A DNA stretch of 64,000 bases from Blastocatellia bacterium UBA7656 (GCA_002483445.1 DLHY01000152.1:4021-68020); one strand, 5' to 3'. Positions 37,701-46,976 are shown, counted from the stretch's first letter. A program made the numbers and translations. Notes: generated by a model not told the origin, from the sequence alone.

Positions 37701-37896
37701 GATAGAGATTCGAGACAACGGGCATGGAATCAATCGCGAAGTCGGCGCGAACGATTCACGCAATGGAGGATTCGGACTCATCGGCATAGCCGAGCGCGCA
37801 AGGATGCTCGGAGGTCGTCACTCTTTGCAATCGGCTGCAAGCGGGACCATCATAACCGTCAATATCGATTTGCCTGAAGGAAAAAATGATGACTGA
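34795..37896 (+). CDS. Sensor histidine kinase with periplasmic two-component-regulator-propeller (Reg_prop) repeats, Y_Y_Y domain, TM helix, HisKA_3 and HATPase_c.
   Basis: Many LWIGT/LWVGT propeller repeats; FWRTWWFTLLGASLVIAVAVFLY TM helix; AAELHDSLGQNL H-box; C-terminal GGFGLIGIAERARMLGG ATPase G2 box. Confidence 0.85.
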   Translation: MLIGRSSSPKVYQYPHLYRPPQARKEIGHWQKICRSALLWPAIVILIALGRAAPPGLASQPGSTPSQIDRQYIRTVWTSEEGLPQNSVNAIVQTRDGYLWLGTFGGLVRFDGLKFTVFNSGNTPGLKGNRILALYEDRAGTLWIGTESGEVMSLKDGQARTFTTADGLPGGLVRCFFEDQAGTLWIGTTFGLVCWQPGNVKTYTPWDVPVDNWVWAIYEDRPGHLLIGMNGGLVEFSNGRAIPRDTSGNVWAFLSSPQGSLLLGTSNGIARFVNGRLMADPRTKGLAAQSVRMMVPDRTGNLWIGYVEMGIISRWQAGASTDRLEKIDLGPSPIMALCVDREGNLWVGTRGGGLARLKERKLRAYGSEDGLSDSIRAIVDDGGDGVWAATANGLAHISGGQEPRITTYRDGLPNTYLQALYRDRSGALWFGSGNGFDGLIRFKDGAFTIYSEASGLSHTSVNAIVEDREGYLWVGTTGGLNRFRDGRFVSYRTAEGLIHNDIRYLLPAADGSLWLGTVGGLSHFHNGAFTNYTSEQGLSNNFVRTILEQSDGTLWIGTYGGGLNRFKDGRFTPVTVKDGLFDDYISQIIEDNRGRYWMLSNRGIFHVAASELNDLADRRVSAITCISYGIGDGMKSSEGNGGIQPAGCKARDGKFWFATIKGLVAIDPESSSALLPPVRIEQVVLDRQALPLGQRVRIEPGQESLEIHYTGLSFTRPEQIRFKYRLSGLDHDWVDAGTRRVAYYSHIPPGEYVFSVIAASSDGVWNESAATLAVTIVPPFWRTWWFTLLGASLVIAVAVFLYTRRISALKRAHAVQEAFSRQLIESQEAERKRIAAELHDSLGQNLLVIKNRAMLAMRTADDGTIEQLNEISSTTDQAIDEVSEISYNLRPYHLDRLGLTRAIEAMLRRVSESSGITFSSDVDQIDRLFDQNAEISIYRIVQESVNNIVKHSGATEARVTIKKNGREIQIEIRDNGHGINREVGANDSRNGGFGLIGIAERARMLGGRHSLQSAASGTIITVNIDLPEGKNDD

Positions 37897-38539
37897 GATC
37901 ACCATACTCATAGCAGACGATCATCCCATATTTCGCAAAGGGCTTCGACAGATCATCGAATCGGGGAGCGGAATGAATGTCGTGGCCGAAGCCGACGACG
38001 GGGAAGCGTGTTATGAAAAAGCCCGCGAACTGAAGCCCGACGTAATCATACTCGATGTGAACATGCCCAAAATGGACGGCTTCGAAGTCGCGCGCAAGCT
38101 TCACGATTCGAACCTGTCGGTCGAAGTCGTTTTCCTGACTATGTACAAAGACGAAGAGATGTTCAACGAAGCGCTCGACCTCGGAGCCAGAGGGTATGTT
38201 TTGAAATCGAGTGCGCTGACCGACATCGTCGACTGCGTGCGCGCGGTCTCTTCAGGTCAGCATTACATCAGCCCCACGCTTTCCGACTTCCTCCTCAATC
38301 GCAGAAACCGTGCCGCGAGTTTCGTCAGGAGCAAGCCTTCGATAGGCGATCTCACGCCAACGGAGTTGCGCATACTGAGGCTGATTGCCGAATCAAAAAC
38401 GAGCAAGGAAATCGCCGCCGAACTTTTCATCAGCTACCGCACAGTCGAAAATCACCGCGCAAACATCTGCCAGAAACTCGACCTCCACGGCTCGAATGCG
38501 CTGGTCAAATTTGCAATTGAACATAAATCGGCCCTTTAG
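37886..38539 (+). CDS. Response regulator, NarL/FixJ (LuxR-type HTH) family.
   Basis: ITILIADDHPIFRKGL...DVIILDVNMPKMDG receiver domain; C-terminal LTPTELRILRLIAESKTSKEIAAELFISYRTVENHRANICQKL LuxR HTH. 11-bp overlap with the kinase gene. Confidence 0.9.
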   Translation: MMTEITILIADDHPIFRKGLRQIIESGSGMNVVAEADDGEACYEKARELKPDVIILDVNMPKMDGFEVARKLHDSNLSVEVVFLTMYKDEEMFNEALDLGARGYVLKSSALTDIVDCVRAVSSGQHYISPTLSDFLLNRRNRAASFVRSKPSIGDLTPTELRILRLIAESKTSKEIAAELFISYRTVENHRANICQKLDLHGSNALVKFAIEHKSAL

Positions 38540-38594
38540 TTTTCAGTTGAGCGGTGACGGCATCTGAAAACTGGAAACTGGAAACTGAAAACTG
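38538..38594 (+). terminator. Microsatellite hairpin (AGTTTTCAGTT / GAAAACTGGAAACTGGAAACTGAAAACTG) right after the response-regulator stop.
   Basis: Read directly; GAAAACTG unit shared with the locus at 57425-57553. Confidence 0.55.
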
Positions 38595-38756
38595 CCTGAG
38601 TGGACACACTTAGAAAAATGAGCGTCGACACTCACCCCGCTCGTGAGGGTTCCTCTATTTAATCCAACTCCCTTTTCCCCCATCATAGCTCGTGAACAGG
38701 CTTCGGCCATCGAGGGGATTGCTGATTTGTTCACTTTGCATTCAGGAGGAATTTCA

Positions 38757-40877
38757 ATGATTTCTGCCCGTCTTCAACGCTTTTACTTTTTTCTTTGCAT
38801 ATCACTATCAATAATCGCTTCTTTCTGCGTGCTCCTCTGGCTCATAACCCGTTCGGCCTCGCAGGCGGCTACAGGCCCGATGTTTTCACAATTGCAGAAA
38901 TTGACTGCGCCGGACGGCGGGCCGAATAACCTCTTCGGCAACTCAGTCGCCATCAGCGGCGATACTGCCATCGTTGGCGCTTTCGCACACGGAGGGCCTT
39001 TGCCCGACGAAGCCGGAGACGGAGCGGCGTATATATTCGTCAATGCAGGTGGCGTGTGGAGCCTCCAGCAGAAGCTGCTCCCACCAGGTGGGCCGTTTCT
39101 TAAGGGTTTCGGTGCATCAGTCGCAATCGACGGCGATACGCTCGTGGTCGGCGCCCCCGGTGTAGATTTGACTGGGGCCGCATACGTGTTCGTGAGAGCC
39201 GCCGGGGTGTGGAGCCAGCAGCAGAAGCTGACGGCATCGGACGCGGCGTCGGGCGATGCTTTCGGCACCTCTCTGGCAATCAGCGGCGATACAGTGATCG
39301 TTACCGCTAGATTTGACCATGTAGGAGCGAATTTGTCTCAAGGCTCGGCCTATGTATTTGTGAGATCAGGCGGGTTGTGGAGCGAACAGCAGAAGCTGAC
39401 CGCATCGGACGGTGGAATGAGTGACTTCTTTGGCAACTCAGCCGCCATCAGTGGCAACACTATCGTCATTGGGGCTCAATTTGCCAATGTGGTGGGGAAG
39501 GCGGATCAAGGCTCGGCTTATGTATTTGTGAGAGCCGCCGGGGTGTGGAGCGAGCAGCAGAAGCTGACCGCATCGGACGGCGCGGAGTTTGACCATTTCG
39601 GCGAATCAGTCGCCATCAACGACGATACCATCGTCGTTGGCGCTTCCGGTGACGATGCAGGGGCGGGTGCGTTCCAGGGATCGGCTTATGTGTTTGCGAG
39701 AACGAGCGGGGTGTGGAGCGAGCAGCAGAAGCTGACCTCATCAGATGCGGGGGGGGGTGACGGGTTCGGTTCATCAGCCGCCATCAGCGGCGAGACGATC
39801 GTCGTTAGCGCTCCTCGGAAGCAGATAGGAGGGAATCCATTCCAAGGTGCAGCCTATGTGTTTGTGAAAGCGGGCGGGGTGTGGAGCGAGCAGCAGAAGT
39901 TGATTGCCTCGGACGGAAAAAAGGCTGACGGGTTCGGCACATCAGTCGCCATCGACGGCGAGACGATTGTCGCTGGCGCTCCCTTTGACCCGGTAGGGGG
40001 GAACGACGATCAAGGCTCGGCTTATATCTTCATGCCCAACACTCCTCCCGCTATCACCGCTTCACCTGTCACACTTCAGCAGGGACGAGCGATCAACGAC
40101 ACAAACATCGCCACTGTCTCCGACAATGAGCAGGCTGCCTCCCTGCTTAACGTCTCAGTCGTCTCAGGCGGCACTGCCACAGGCATCACTCTCACGAACA
40201 TCGTCAACATCGGCGGCGCGATCACCGCCGACGTGGCGGCAACCTGCGCGGCAACGGGCGGGACGGTGCGGCTGCGCGTGACCGATACAGGCGGCTTTAC
40301 GAGTGAAGCCGATCTTCAAGTCAACATCACTCCGAACGATCCGCCTGTGATCACCTGTCCGCCGAATTTGATCGCGAAGGCGGCAACACCCGGCAGCGCA
40401 ATGTCGATGATCATTTATCCGCTGCCTACTGCTACGGACGACTGCGGCGTGATGAGCGTAGTGTGCAATCCGCCTTCAGGCTCATCATTCCCGGCGGGGA
40501 CGACGACCGTCACCTGCACTGCGACCGACACGACAGGAAACACCGCGCGGTGCAGTTTCATCATCACCCTCTTCGATGTCTGCCTTCAGGATGATTCCAA
40601 CCCCGCTCGCTCGATGCTCTTCATCAGTTCAGGCCCACAGGCGGGCGAATACCGCTTCTGCTGCGGAGGCGCGATGAAAACCGGCAGAGGAGTTGTCGCA
40701 AGAAAAGGGAACACCTTCACCCTCGCTCACAACACTGCTGACCTCAGAGTGCAGGCCACAGTCGACAGCAGCACTGCGAGAGGCTCGGCCCTGCTGCAAT
40801 CTCCTCCCGGCTCTGCGCCCTGCTCGATTACCGACAGGAACATAAGAGACAACTCATGTGGCTGCGGCGGCAGTTAG
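38757..40877 (+). CDS. Secreted FG-GAP-repeat beta-propeller protein with one C-terminal HYR domain and the conserved C-terminal module shared with the giant adhesin.
   Basis: ATG 38757 with AGGAGGA SD; N-terminal TM/signal. ~8 repeats of FG.SVAISGDT.VVGA...G..QGSAYVFVR.GGVWSEQQKLTASDG. HYR unit ITCPPNLIAKAATPGS...VTCTATDTTGNTARCSFIITLFDV. Then FCCGG...TLAHN...LQSPPG..PCSITDRNIRDNSCGCGGS. Confidence 0.75.
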   Translation: MISARLQRFYFFLCISLSIIASFCVLLWLITRSASQAATGPMFSQLQKLTAPDGGPNNLFGNSVAISGDTAIVGAFAHGGPLPDEAGDGAAYIFVNAGGVWSLQQKLLPPGGPFLKGFGASVAIDGDTLVVGAPGVDLTGAAYVFVRAAGVWSQQQKLTASDAASGDAFGTSLAISGDTVIVTARFDHVGANLSQGSAYVFVRSGGLWSEQQKLTASDGGMSDFFGNSAAISGNTIVIGAQFANVVGKADQGSAYVFVRAAGVWSEQQKLTASDGAEFDHFGESVAINDDTIVVGASGDDAGAGAFQGSAYVFARTSGVWSEQQKLTSSDAGGGDGFGSSAAISGETIVVSAPRKQIGGNPFQGAAYVFVKAGGVWSEQQKLIASDGKKADGFGTSVAIDGETIVAGAPFDPVGGNDDQGSAYIFMPNTPPAITASPVTLQQGRAINDTNIATVSDNEQAASLLNVSVVSGGTATGITLTNIVNIGGAITADVAATCAATGGTVRLRVTDTGGFTSEADLQVNITPNDPPVITCPPNLIAKAATPGSAMSMIIYPLPTATDDCGVMSVVCNPPSGSSFPAGTTTVTCTATDTTGNTARCSFIITLFDVCLQDDSNPARSMLFISSGPQAGEYRFCCGGAMKTGRGVVARKGNTFTLAHNTADLRVQATVDSSTARGSALLQSPPGSAPCSITDRNIRDNSCGCGGS

Positions 40878-41049
40878 ATTCACTCTCGAAGTGGAGATAA
40901 GGAAGATTTAGTTCAGCGGGCGACAAAGAGATTCGTTGTCGAAGAGCGAATTAGCAAGGGCGACCGCCTTTGAGGCGGCACCGTTCACCGGGCCACTCGC
41001 TTTGCCGGGTGTCCGACACTTAAACCAATTTAAGCGAAAGGAGAAAACC

Positions 41050-41583
41050 ATGACTATTTGCAGTTCCACCATAGATCAAGTGAACATAATATCGCAACTA
41101 GCCGACCCAGTTGGACATATAACGGCAATAACCGCCCACGTAGTAAGCATTGGCGAGTACGGTGTTGTGATAGGAGATTTCCCAACCATAGTTGAATCCC
41201 AGATACAGACTTTCAATCGGGATATTACGTTGGCTTTCGATGGAACCAACTATTGGTTTGGCTATGTGCTATGGGTCAAATTCCCGCACGACCGAGGCGG
41301 ACCAGTGGCTTTGACTTATAACGGCGACCAACAGAAGGTCACTATGACTCCATACATTACAGGATCCGCCCGGGCTAATCAGATATGGGGAATGCGAGTG
41401 CAGAACAGGGAAGGATATTATGTAATCCAATCCTACAACTACGGAGACGACGAGGTTATGGACATTCAAAAGGGAGTGGCAAAACCCGGCACGCCGATCA
41501 TCACGTTTCATTATCACGACGGAAAGAATCAACGATGGCAGTACAGGCCGGCCATTCCACTCGTGATCGAACCAGATCGCTGA
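41050..41583 (+). CDS. Small beta-trefoil (ricin-B-like) lectin-like protein, tentative; low-GC gene.
   Basis: ATG 41050 with AAAGGAG SD. QxW-like motifs (NQIWGMR, NQRWQY) and hydrophobic-aromatic repeats. Visibly AT-richer than its neighbours. Confidence 0.35.
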   Translation: MTICSSTIDQVNIISQLADPVGHITAITAHVVSIGEYGVVIGDFPTIVESQIQTFNRDITLAFDGTNYWFGYVLWVKFPHDRGGPVALTYNGDQQKVTMTPYITGSARANQIWGMRVQNREGYYVIQSYNYGDDEVMDIQKGVAKPGTPIITFHYHDGKNQRWQYRPAIPLVIEPDR

Positions 41584-41726
41584 TAAAGCTCAAGCTGTGA
41601 TCAGTACCGTTTCTCGCGATGGGACAGCCATAGGGTGAAGGGCACCAGGAATCCAGCGATTAGCCCTGCATCACCGACCACGAATAACACCTGCGCCTGT
41701 TCCTCACCCCGGCGCAGGTCAAGGAC

Positions 41727-41783
41727 AGCAGAGACGCCGCAGAGTTTTTCTCTGCCCGCCAGCCGGCGAAGGCGTCTCTGCTG
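41727..41783. repeat. Nested palindrome: 13-bp perfect inverted repeat CAGCAGAGACGCC/GGCGTCTCTGCTG enclosing an inner GCAGAG-TTTTT-CTCTGC hairpin.
   Basis: Read directly, ~95 bp upstream of the orphan receiver gene. Confidence 0.5.
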
Positions 41784-41878
41784 TCGAGTTATGAAAAAGT
41801 AATGCGTGATCCGCAGGGTCTTGCGCAGAAGCCATTACACGAATGACAGAGAACGTTGATCCTATATGGACTGCTTTG

Positions 41879-42253
41879 ATGAAGCTAATGATAGTCGATG
41901 ACAACGAGCAGATGCGCAGAACCATTCGAAGCATAGTCGGCGACCTCGTTGAAGAGGTTTACGAATGTGAAGATGGCAAAGAGGCCATCGCGCTTTATGC
42001 CAAGCGGCGACCGGATTGGGTAATAATGGATCTTCGGATGAAAAAGATGGACGGGCTGGAAGCCACAAGGCGAATCACATCGTTATTCCCGGATGCTCGA
42101 ATAGCGATAGTAACCGACTATGACGATTCAGACCTGCGAGAAGCGGCGCGCGAGGCCGGAGCCTGCCAGTATATAAACAAGCGTCGTCTCTTCGATCTGC
42201 GCCCGCTGCTTTCGCCGCAGTCAGACTTGAAGCCGCCTCATCATGTCGAATGA
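41879..42253 (+). CDS. Single-domain response regulator (CheY-like receiver only).
   Basis: MKLMIVDDNEQMRRTI...DWVIMDLRMKKMDGLEA...IVTDYDD receiver motifs; no output domain. Confidence 0.75.
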   Translation: MKLMIVDDNEQMRRTIRSIVGDLVEEVYECEDGKEAIALYAKRRPDWVIMDLRMKKMDGLEATRRITSLFPDARIAIVTDYDDSDLREAAREAGACQYINKRRLFDLRPLLSPQSDLKPPHHVE

Positions 42254-42733
42254 GGGCTGATGCCCGCAAAGCAACCGATGCGCTGCTGCATCGCTCGATG
42301 AGTGAACATTTGCGCCACAGCGCGTCTGTTGACCTTCTCCCCAATCGCCCTACTCTGCCTGATCAAATATCTCACGACCTGAAGCGAACAGGCTTCGACA
42401 AAGCGCGAAACCAGTTGTTCGAGCGCAGTCAATTTGACTGAAAAACGCGCTTCTGCTATCGAACGCTCGCGATAGTTTTCATTCCCCATTCAGGTTTGAT
42501 TTCGAGCCAATAGTGCAAGCCAGTATTTCCGCAAATTTTCCTGCGTCGAGCGCCGACGTGCGAGTCCATTCACTTTGCCAACACTCGGTCGTTTTGATGA
42601 TCAAGTCTGATGTGAGGCAGATGTGTGACAACAGACACCACAATCGATGATGTCATTTTGATGGCATACCTGTTGCACCACTCAGTGTTCGGATGCGATG
42701 AAATCGCTCCGCTGGCAGGTTGGGAGTAAGACA

Positions 42734-43402
42734 ATGAAGAATGACAGAAAAAAAGAGTTTGGATTCACGCTCGTCGAGGTCGCTGTCGTGCTGATGATTG
42801 CAGGCGTCGTCGTCGCCTTTACCGTTCCCGGCATCACCTCTTCGATGCGCACCTATCGATTGAATTCGGCAGCGCGACAGACCATAGACATGCTCAAGCG
42901 AGCGAAGACGGAAGCCGTCTCGTCAAGCAACAAGGCCGGTATCGCCGTCGATCTGGCGGGCCGAAGAATAGGCGTCGTCAAATACAAAGACGATGGCGTG
43001 ACGGTCGATAGAATCGACTTCGTGCCGCTTCCCGATGGCGTCGAGTTTGAAAGGCCCGAAAAAGAATCGGCTCCTCCCGATGGCACGGACGCCGACAGCA
43101 TAGTGTCGTTCGGCTTCAAAGAGGGGTTTTATCGACAGGACTTCAATTCGCGCGGCTTCCCCACAGTCGCTTCCGGCGCTGATGTCGTTTCGATCTTCCT
43201 GGGAAACGGGAAAGACTATCGCGCAATCACGATGTCGAGCGTGGGAGGCATCCGCACTTATCGCCTTGAACAATACAGTTGGGTCAACACCCGGTCGAAA
43301 AATCCTGAAGCTTCTTCAGACAGCGATCAGGGCAGCGATCAGGGCAGCGGAAAGGGTCAGGGAAAGAGCGGCGATAATCCTGGAAAGGGGCCGAAGAAAT
43401 GA
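42734..43402 (+). CDS. Type IV pilus minor pilin / pseudopilin (FimT/GspH-like) with prepilin N-terminal methylation motif and a Gly/Ser/Lys-rich C-terminal tail.
   Basis: KKEFGFTLVEVAVVLMIAGVVVA prepilin leader plus hydrophobic helix; C-terminal SSDSDQGSDQGSGKGQGKSGDNPGKGPKK low-complexity tail. Confidence 0.7.
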   Translation: MKNDRKKEFGFTLVEVAVVLMIAGVVVAFTVPGITSSMRTYRLNSAARQTIDMLKRAKTEAVSSSNKAGIAVDLAGRRIGVVKYKDDGVTVDRIDFVPLPDGVEFERPEKESAPPDGTDADSIVSFGFKEGFYRQDFNSRGFPTVASGADVVSIFLGNGKDYRAITMSSVGGIRTYRLEQYSWVNTRSKNPEASSDSDQGSDQGSGKGQGKSGDNPGKGPKK

Positions 43403-43866
43403 AAGAGACTCAAAACAATCAGGCGGGTTTCACTCTTATCGAAGTGGCAATAGCTTCGCTCATCATGATGGCCGGACTTCTGGTTCTGGCCTCGCTCTTC
43501 ACGCTAGCCATTTCGCAAAACAAGATGGTCAAGGGGTACACCACCACGACGGCGCTGGCCCAGCAGAAGCTCGAAGAAATAAACGCCATCGAAAAAAATG
43601 ACGCGCGACTCACCATCGGCGGCGGCCTTACGGAAGAGACGAAAAAAGAGGGCTACTGCGATGTGGTCTACGTCAATCCTCAAACGGGAACAGTCACCAC
43701 CACGATTCCCGATGGCGCGACCGCGCTCTATGCCCGCTACTGGATGGTCGAGCCTGACGCGCAGATGGACAGGACTGTGCTTATCTCTGCGCGAGTAGTC
43801 GCGCTTCAACCGAGTCATGGGCGTCAGAGCGAAGAAACCACGCTCACGACCGGGCGCTCATGGTGA
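43399..43866 (+). CDS. Type IV pilus minor pilin (PilV-like), prepilin-type N-terminal cleavage/methylation domain.
   Basis: QAGFTLIEVAIASLIMMAGLLVLASLF. Confidence 0.7.
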   Translation: MKETQNNQAGFTLIEVAIASLIMMAGLLVLASLFTLAISQNKMVKGYTTTTALAQQKLEEINAIEKNDARLTIGGGLTEETKKEGYCDVVYVNPQTGTVTTTIPDGATALYARYWMVEPDAQMDRTVLISARVVALQPSHGRQSEETTLTTGRSW

Positions 43867-43876
43867 AGGAGGCAAT

Positions 43877-44890
43877 ATGACAAGCAGTGAAAAAGGTTTT
43901 TCTCTCATAGAGCTTATGATGGCGGCATTCCTGACGGTCGGATTGATGGGCGCGGTGTTCGCTCTGATGAATCAGAACCAGAACGTCTTCGTGGCTGAAT
44001 CCGGTGTGACCGACATGAATCAGAACCTTCGCACCGTAGATGATCTGCTCACCCGCGACGTTCAATCGGCAGGCATGGGAATGTCTCGAATCAACGGCAG
44101 CTTCGCGGCCATCTTTTACACAAACGGAGCGAACGGCTCGCCCGACACGATAATGATCATCAACGGCGATCCGTTCGCGCCCGAAGCCGAAGTGACCGAC
44201 CGCGCGGGGGGAAGCGCCGAGCTCTTCTGTATGCCGCCTCCCGATGTGACCGTCACGGGCAACGGCTCGAATCAGACGATGACTTATCTGGATGAGGGCG
44301 GAAATCCCAAGCCTATCTACAAAGACTCAGCGACCACGGGCATTCATTACATCTGCTACGACGACACCAACGCCATGATATTCGATCTGACCAAAGACGG
44401 GCAGATAGTCGGCAACGGAGCCAGCGCCCGGCTCAAGCTTCAGCATAATCCGACAAGCTCTCTGAATCCGCCCAGCGTATTCGGATCGCTGCTCGACACC
44501 CAGGAGCCTGATTACGCCAACGCGCAAATTTCCGTGCTGGGCAGCCTCATCGCATACCGCCTCAATCAGCAGACCGATGAGCTTGAGCGCACGGAAGATT
44601 TGCAAAACTGGTATACGGTCGCGCAGGGCGTAACCAACTTTCAGATCGAATACCGCGTCGTTTCCAGAGACAACACCGGCCAGATAGTCGAACAGGTGAC
44701 GAGCGCGCCCACAGACCGACGAGCTATTCGCGCAGTTATCTTCACCATTTCAGCAAAGACGGCGGATTTCGATCCCAGTGACAAGGCATACCGGGTGGCG
44801 GTGCAGAAATTCGAGGCCGCGCCCCGAAACTTCAACCTCCTCAACAACAATAATCTTAGCTCGAACACCAAGAGCACCTGGCAGTTCTGA
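43877..44890 (+). CDS. Type IV pilus minor pilin (PilW-like).
   Basis: ATG 43877 with AAGGAGG SD; KGFSLIELMMAAFLTVGLMGAVFAL prepilin motif. Confidence 0.65.
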   Translation: MTSSEKGFSLIELMMAAFLTVGLMGAVFALMNQNQNVFVAESGVTDMNQNLRTVDDLLTRDVQSAGMGMSRINGSFAAIFYTNGANGSPDTIMIINGDPFAPEAEVTDRAGGSAELFCMPPPDVTVTGNGSNQTMTYLDEGGNPKPIYKDSATTGIHYICYDDTNAMIFDLTKDGQIVGNGASARLKLQHNPTSSLNPPSVFGSLLDTQEPDYANAQISVLGSLIAYRLNQQTDELERTEDLQNWYTVAQGVTNFQIEYRVVSRDNTGQIVEQVTSAPTDRRAIRAVIFTISAKTADFDPSDKAYRVAVQKFEAAPRNFNLLNNNNLSSNTKSTWQF

Positions 44891-44901
44891 AGGATAAAGT
44901 T

Positions 44902-46926
44902 ATGGAAGGGAATACTCACACAAACACCGAGCGCGGCATGGCGCTCATCACTTCTCTGCTTGCGACGACGATGCTGCTCTCCCTGGGGCTTGCGGTGGTC
45001 TATTCGGCCACTTACGACAACGGGACGACTAAAGCCTATCGCGCAGGCGAGCAGGCATTCTTTTCGGCAGACGCGGGCATAGGAATAGCGCGACGGTCGA
45101 TCACTCAGGCGTTCTCGGAAGAGATCGAAAAGATTCGCAACGGCAAGACCGCCTTTTACAAAAACAACCCGGCGACAAAATCCGGCCAGTTCCCCGATGT
45201 TCAGGTCATCCCCGATCCCGACACGGTCGATCAAACCAAAGACCCTTTCTATACGGCAGTCTCTGCGCGCGCCGGTGAGCTTGTGAATGTAGCTGCGCGC
45301 GATAATCGCCTCGACGAGTTAAACGGCAGCAGCTTCACCGTCAAGTTCAAACCGCTGACGGGAAGCGTCTCTCTCATCACTGCCAGCGCGACCCAGGCGA
45401 CCGAAGCGATTGTTTTGCGTTATGCGATAGAAGTCACGGGCAAGACTCAGATGGGAGGCAGCGCGACCGTCAACGAGACTGGGAGGCTTTCCTCGAACAT
45501 CACGCTTCAGGCCGGCCCTTCGACCCAGGGTTATCGCGATTTCAGTTTCTCCGGCTTCGGAGCCTTCTGGGATGATGGCGACCCGGATGTCAATGCGGTG
45601 CTGACTCCCGGAACCTTTTCGGGCGCGGTGCATACGAACACGCGGCTGGCGTTTTATTCGGCGTGGCAATACACCTTTCGCAGCGCAGTCACGCAGGTCG
45701 ATCCTAAAATCCGATACTGGACTAACAACAAGAACAACACCATCAACATACCGACGACGAGCATAAAAGGAATCACTCTGAGCAAGGAAGGCTATAAACA
45801 GGCTTCCGCAGTGCCGCTTCCGCAAAATACTTTCTCTCAGGAATATGCGGTGATAAATCGCACGGGTATCACGGACAAAAATGCGGACGGCTCGCCCGTC
45901 GATGCGCCCGCCGTGATACCTAAGGACAGCAAAGGGAATCCGCTTCCCGTATTTGATTCGTCGGGCCGCGTCAATACAGACGTGCTGGCGGCGAACCTGC
46001 GCAACACTTCGAATCAAAAGCCGACGCTTCAAAGCGGCGCTCTCCCGCAGGGCGTCTACATCTCGTCTTCAGACGGGGCCAACATCGATGGCGCGGGCAT
46101 ATACGTTCAAGGCGATGTAACTGATTTCCAACTCTATTCCACCAACGGCGATCAGTACTATGTCCTGACTCAGGGCAGCGCGACCACCACGATTCGCGTC
46201 AACTATACGGCGAATCAAACCACGCTCACATCAGGCAAGGTCTCGAAGACCTACACGGGCGTCTTCACCGATATGCAGGACCCGACCGCCCCGCGACCGG
46301 GCGCGGCGGTTTATGTCGCGGGCAGCATCAACAGCCTTCGTGGAGGCACCAACGGCTCGACCAAAAATCCGGCCATCGCTTCGAAGACCGCGCTGACCAT
46401 AACCGCCCAGCGGCATCTGATAGTGACCGGCGACTTGAAATACGCTGACCCGGTAGCGAACTCCGACGGCACACCGGTTTCCAATATCGATTCGGTTAAA
46501 AACGTGCTCGGCCTGTTCACCAATGACGGGAATCTCTTCCTCGACGCGAAGAAAAATTATGTCTCATCAGGGGTGAACATAGAGATAAACGCCGCCGTGG
46601 TGGCTTTCGACAGCAACACCAAGAACAACAACGGCAAGAGCGAAGGCGGCATCACTTCCCACACCGGCGCGGGCCACGTGACGCCCGGCACCAAGGACCG
46701 CATACGGCTTGTCGGCAGCGACGTTGAGAAAAACAACAGCCTGGTTGATTACAACTACGCGGACATTTATTTCGATGTGCGCTTTTCGGGCGGCACATTT
46801 CGCCCGCCCTTTTTTCCGGGAACGAATTACGCACTCGGCCCTGAGCCTGTGTCCGGCACAGTCACGATAGCCGCCGTCGACGCTGCGGCATCAACCGCTA
46901 TGTCCTGGTTCCGAGAGTACAAATAG
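44902..46926 (+). CDS. Large pilus-associated protein with PilX-like N-terminus (pilus assembly/tip protein, PilX/PilY1-like role).
   Basis: ERGMALITSLLATTMLLSLGLAVVYSA matches the PilX N-terminal family; 674 aa, last gene of the minor-pilin operon. Confidence 0.55.
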   Translation: MEGNTHTNTERGMALITSLLATTMLLSLGLAVVYSATYDNGTTKAYRAGEQAFFSADAGIGIARRSITQAFSEEIEKIRNGKTAFYKNNPATKSGQFPDVQVIPDPDTVDQTKDPFYTAVSARAGELVNVAARDNRLDELNGSSFTVKFKPLTGSVSLITASATQATEAIVLRYAIEVTGKTQMGGSATVNETGRLSSNITLQAGPSTQGYRDFSFSGFGAFWDDGDPDVNAVLTPGTFSGAVHTNTRLAFYSAWQYTFRSAVTQVDPKIRYWTNNKNNTINIPTTSIKGITLSKEGYKQASAVPLPQNTFSQEYAVINRTGITDKNADGSPVDAPAVIPKDSKGNPLPVFDSSGRVNTDVLAANLRNTSNQKPTLQSGALPQGVYISSSDGANIDGAGIYVQGDVTDFQLYSTNGDQYYVLTQGSATTTIRVNYTANQTTLTSGKVSKTYTGVFTDMQDPTAPRPGAAVYVAGSINSLRGGTNGSTKNPAIASKTALTITAQRHLIVTGDLKYADPVANSDGTPVSNIDSVKNVLGLFTNDGNLFLDAKKNYVSSGVNIEINAAVVAFDSNTKNNNGKSEGGITSHTGAGHVTPGTKDRIRLVGSDVEKNNSLVDYNYADIYFDVRFSGGTFRPPFFPGTNYALGPEPVSGTVTIAAVDAAASTAMSWFREYK

Positions 46927-46942
46927 AGTCCCTTCCTGCTTC

Positions 46943-46976
46943 GCGGGCCGGGTGAGTTCCGGCCCGCCTTTTTTCA
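46943..46976. terminator. Rho-independent terminator (GCGGGCCGG-loop-CCGGCCCGC + T6) shared by the convergent pilX-like and M20 peptidase genes.
   Basis: gcgggccgggtgagttccggcccgccttttttc read directly. Confidence 0.65.
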
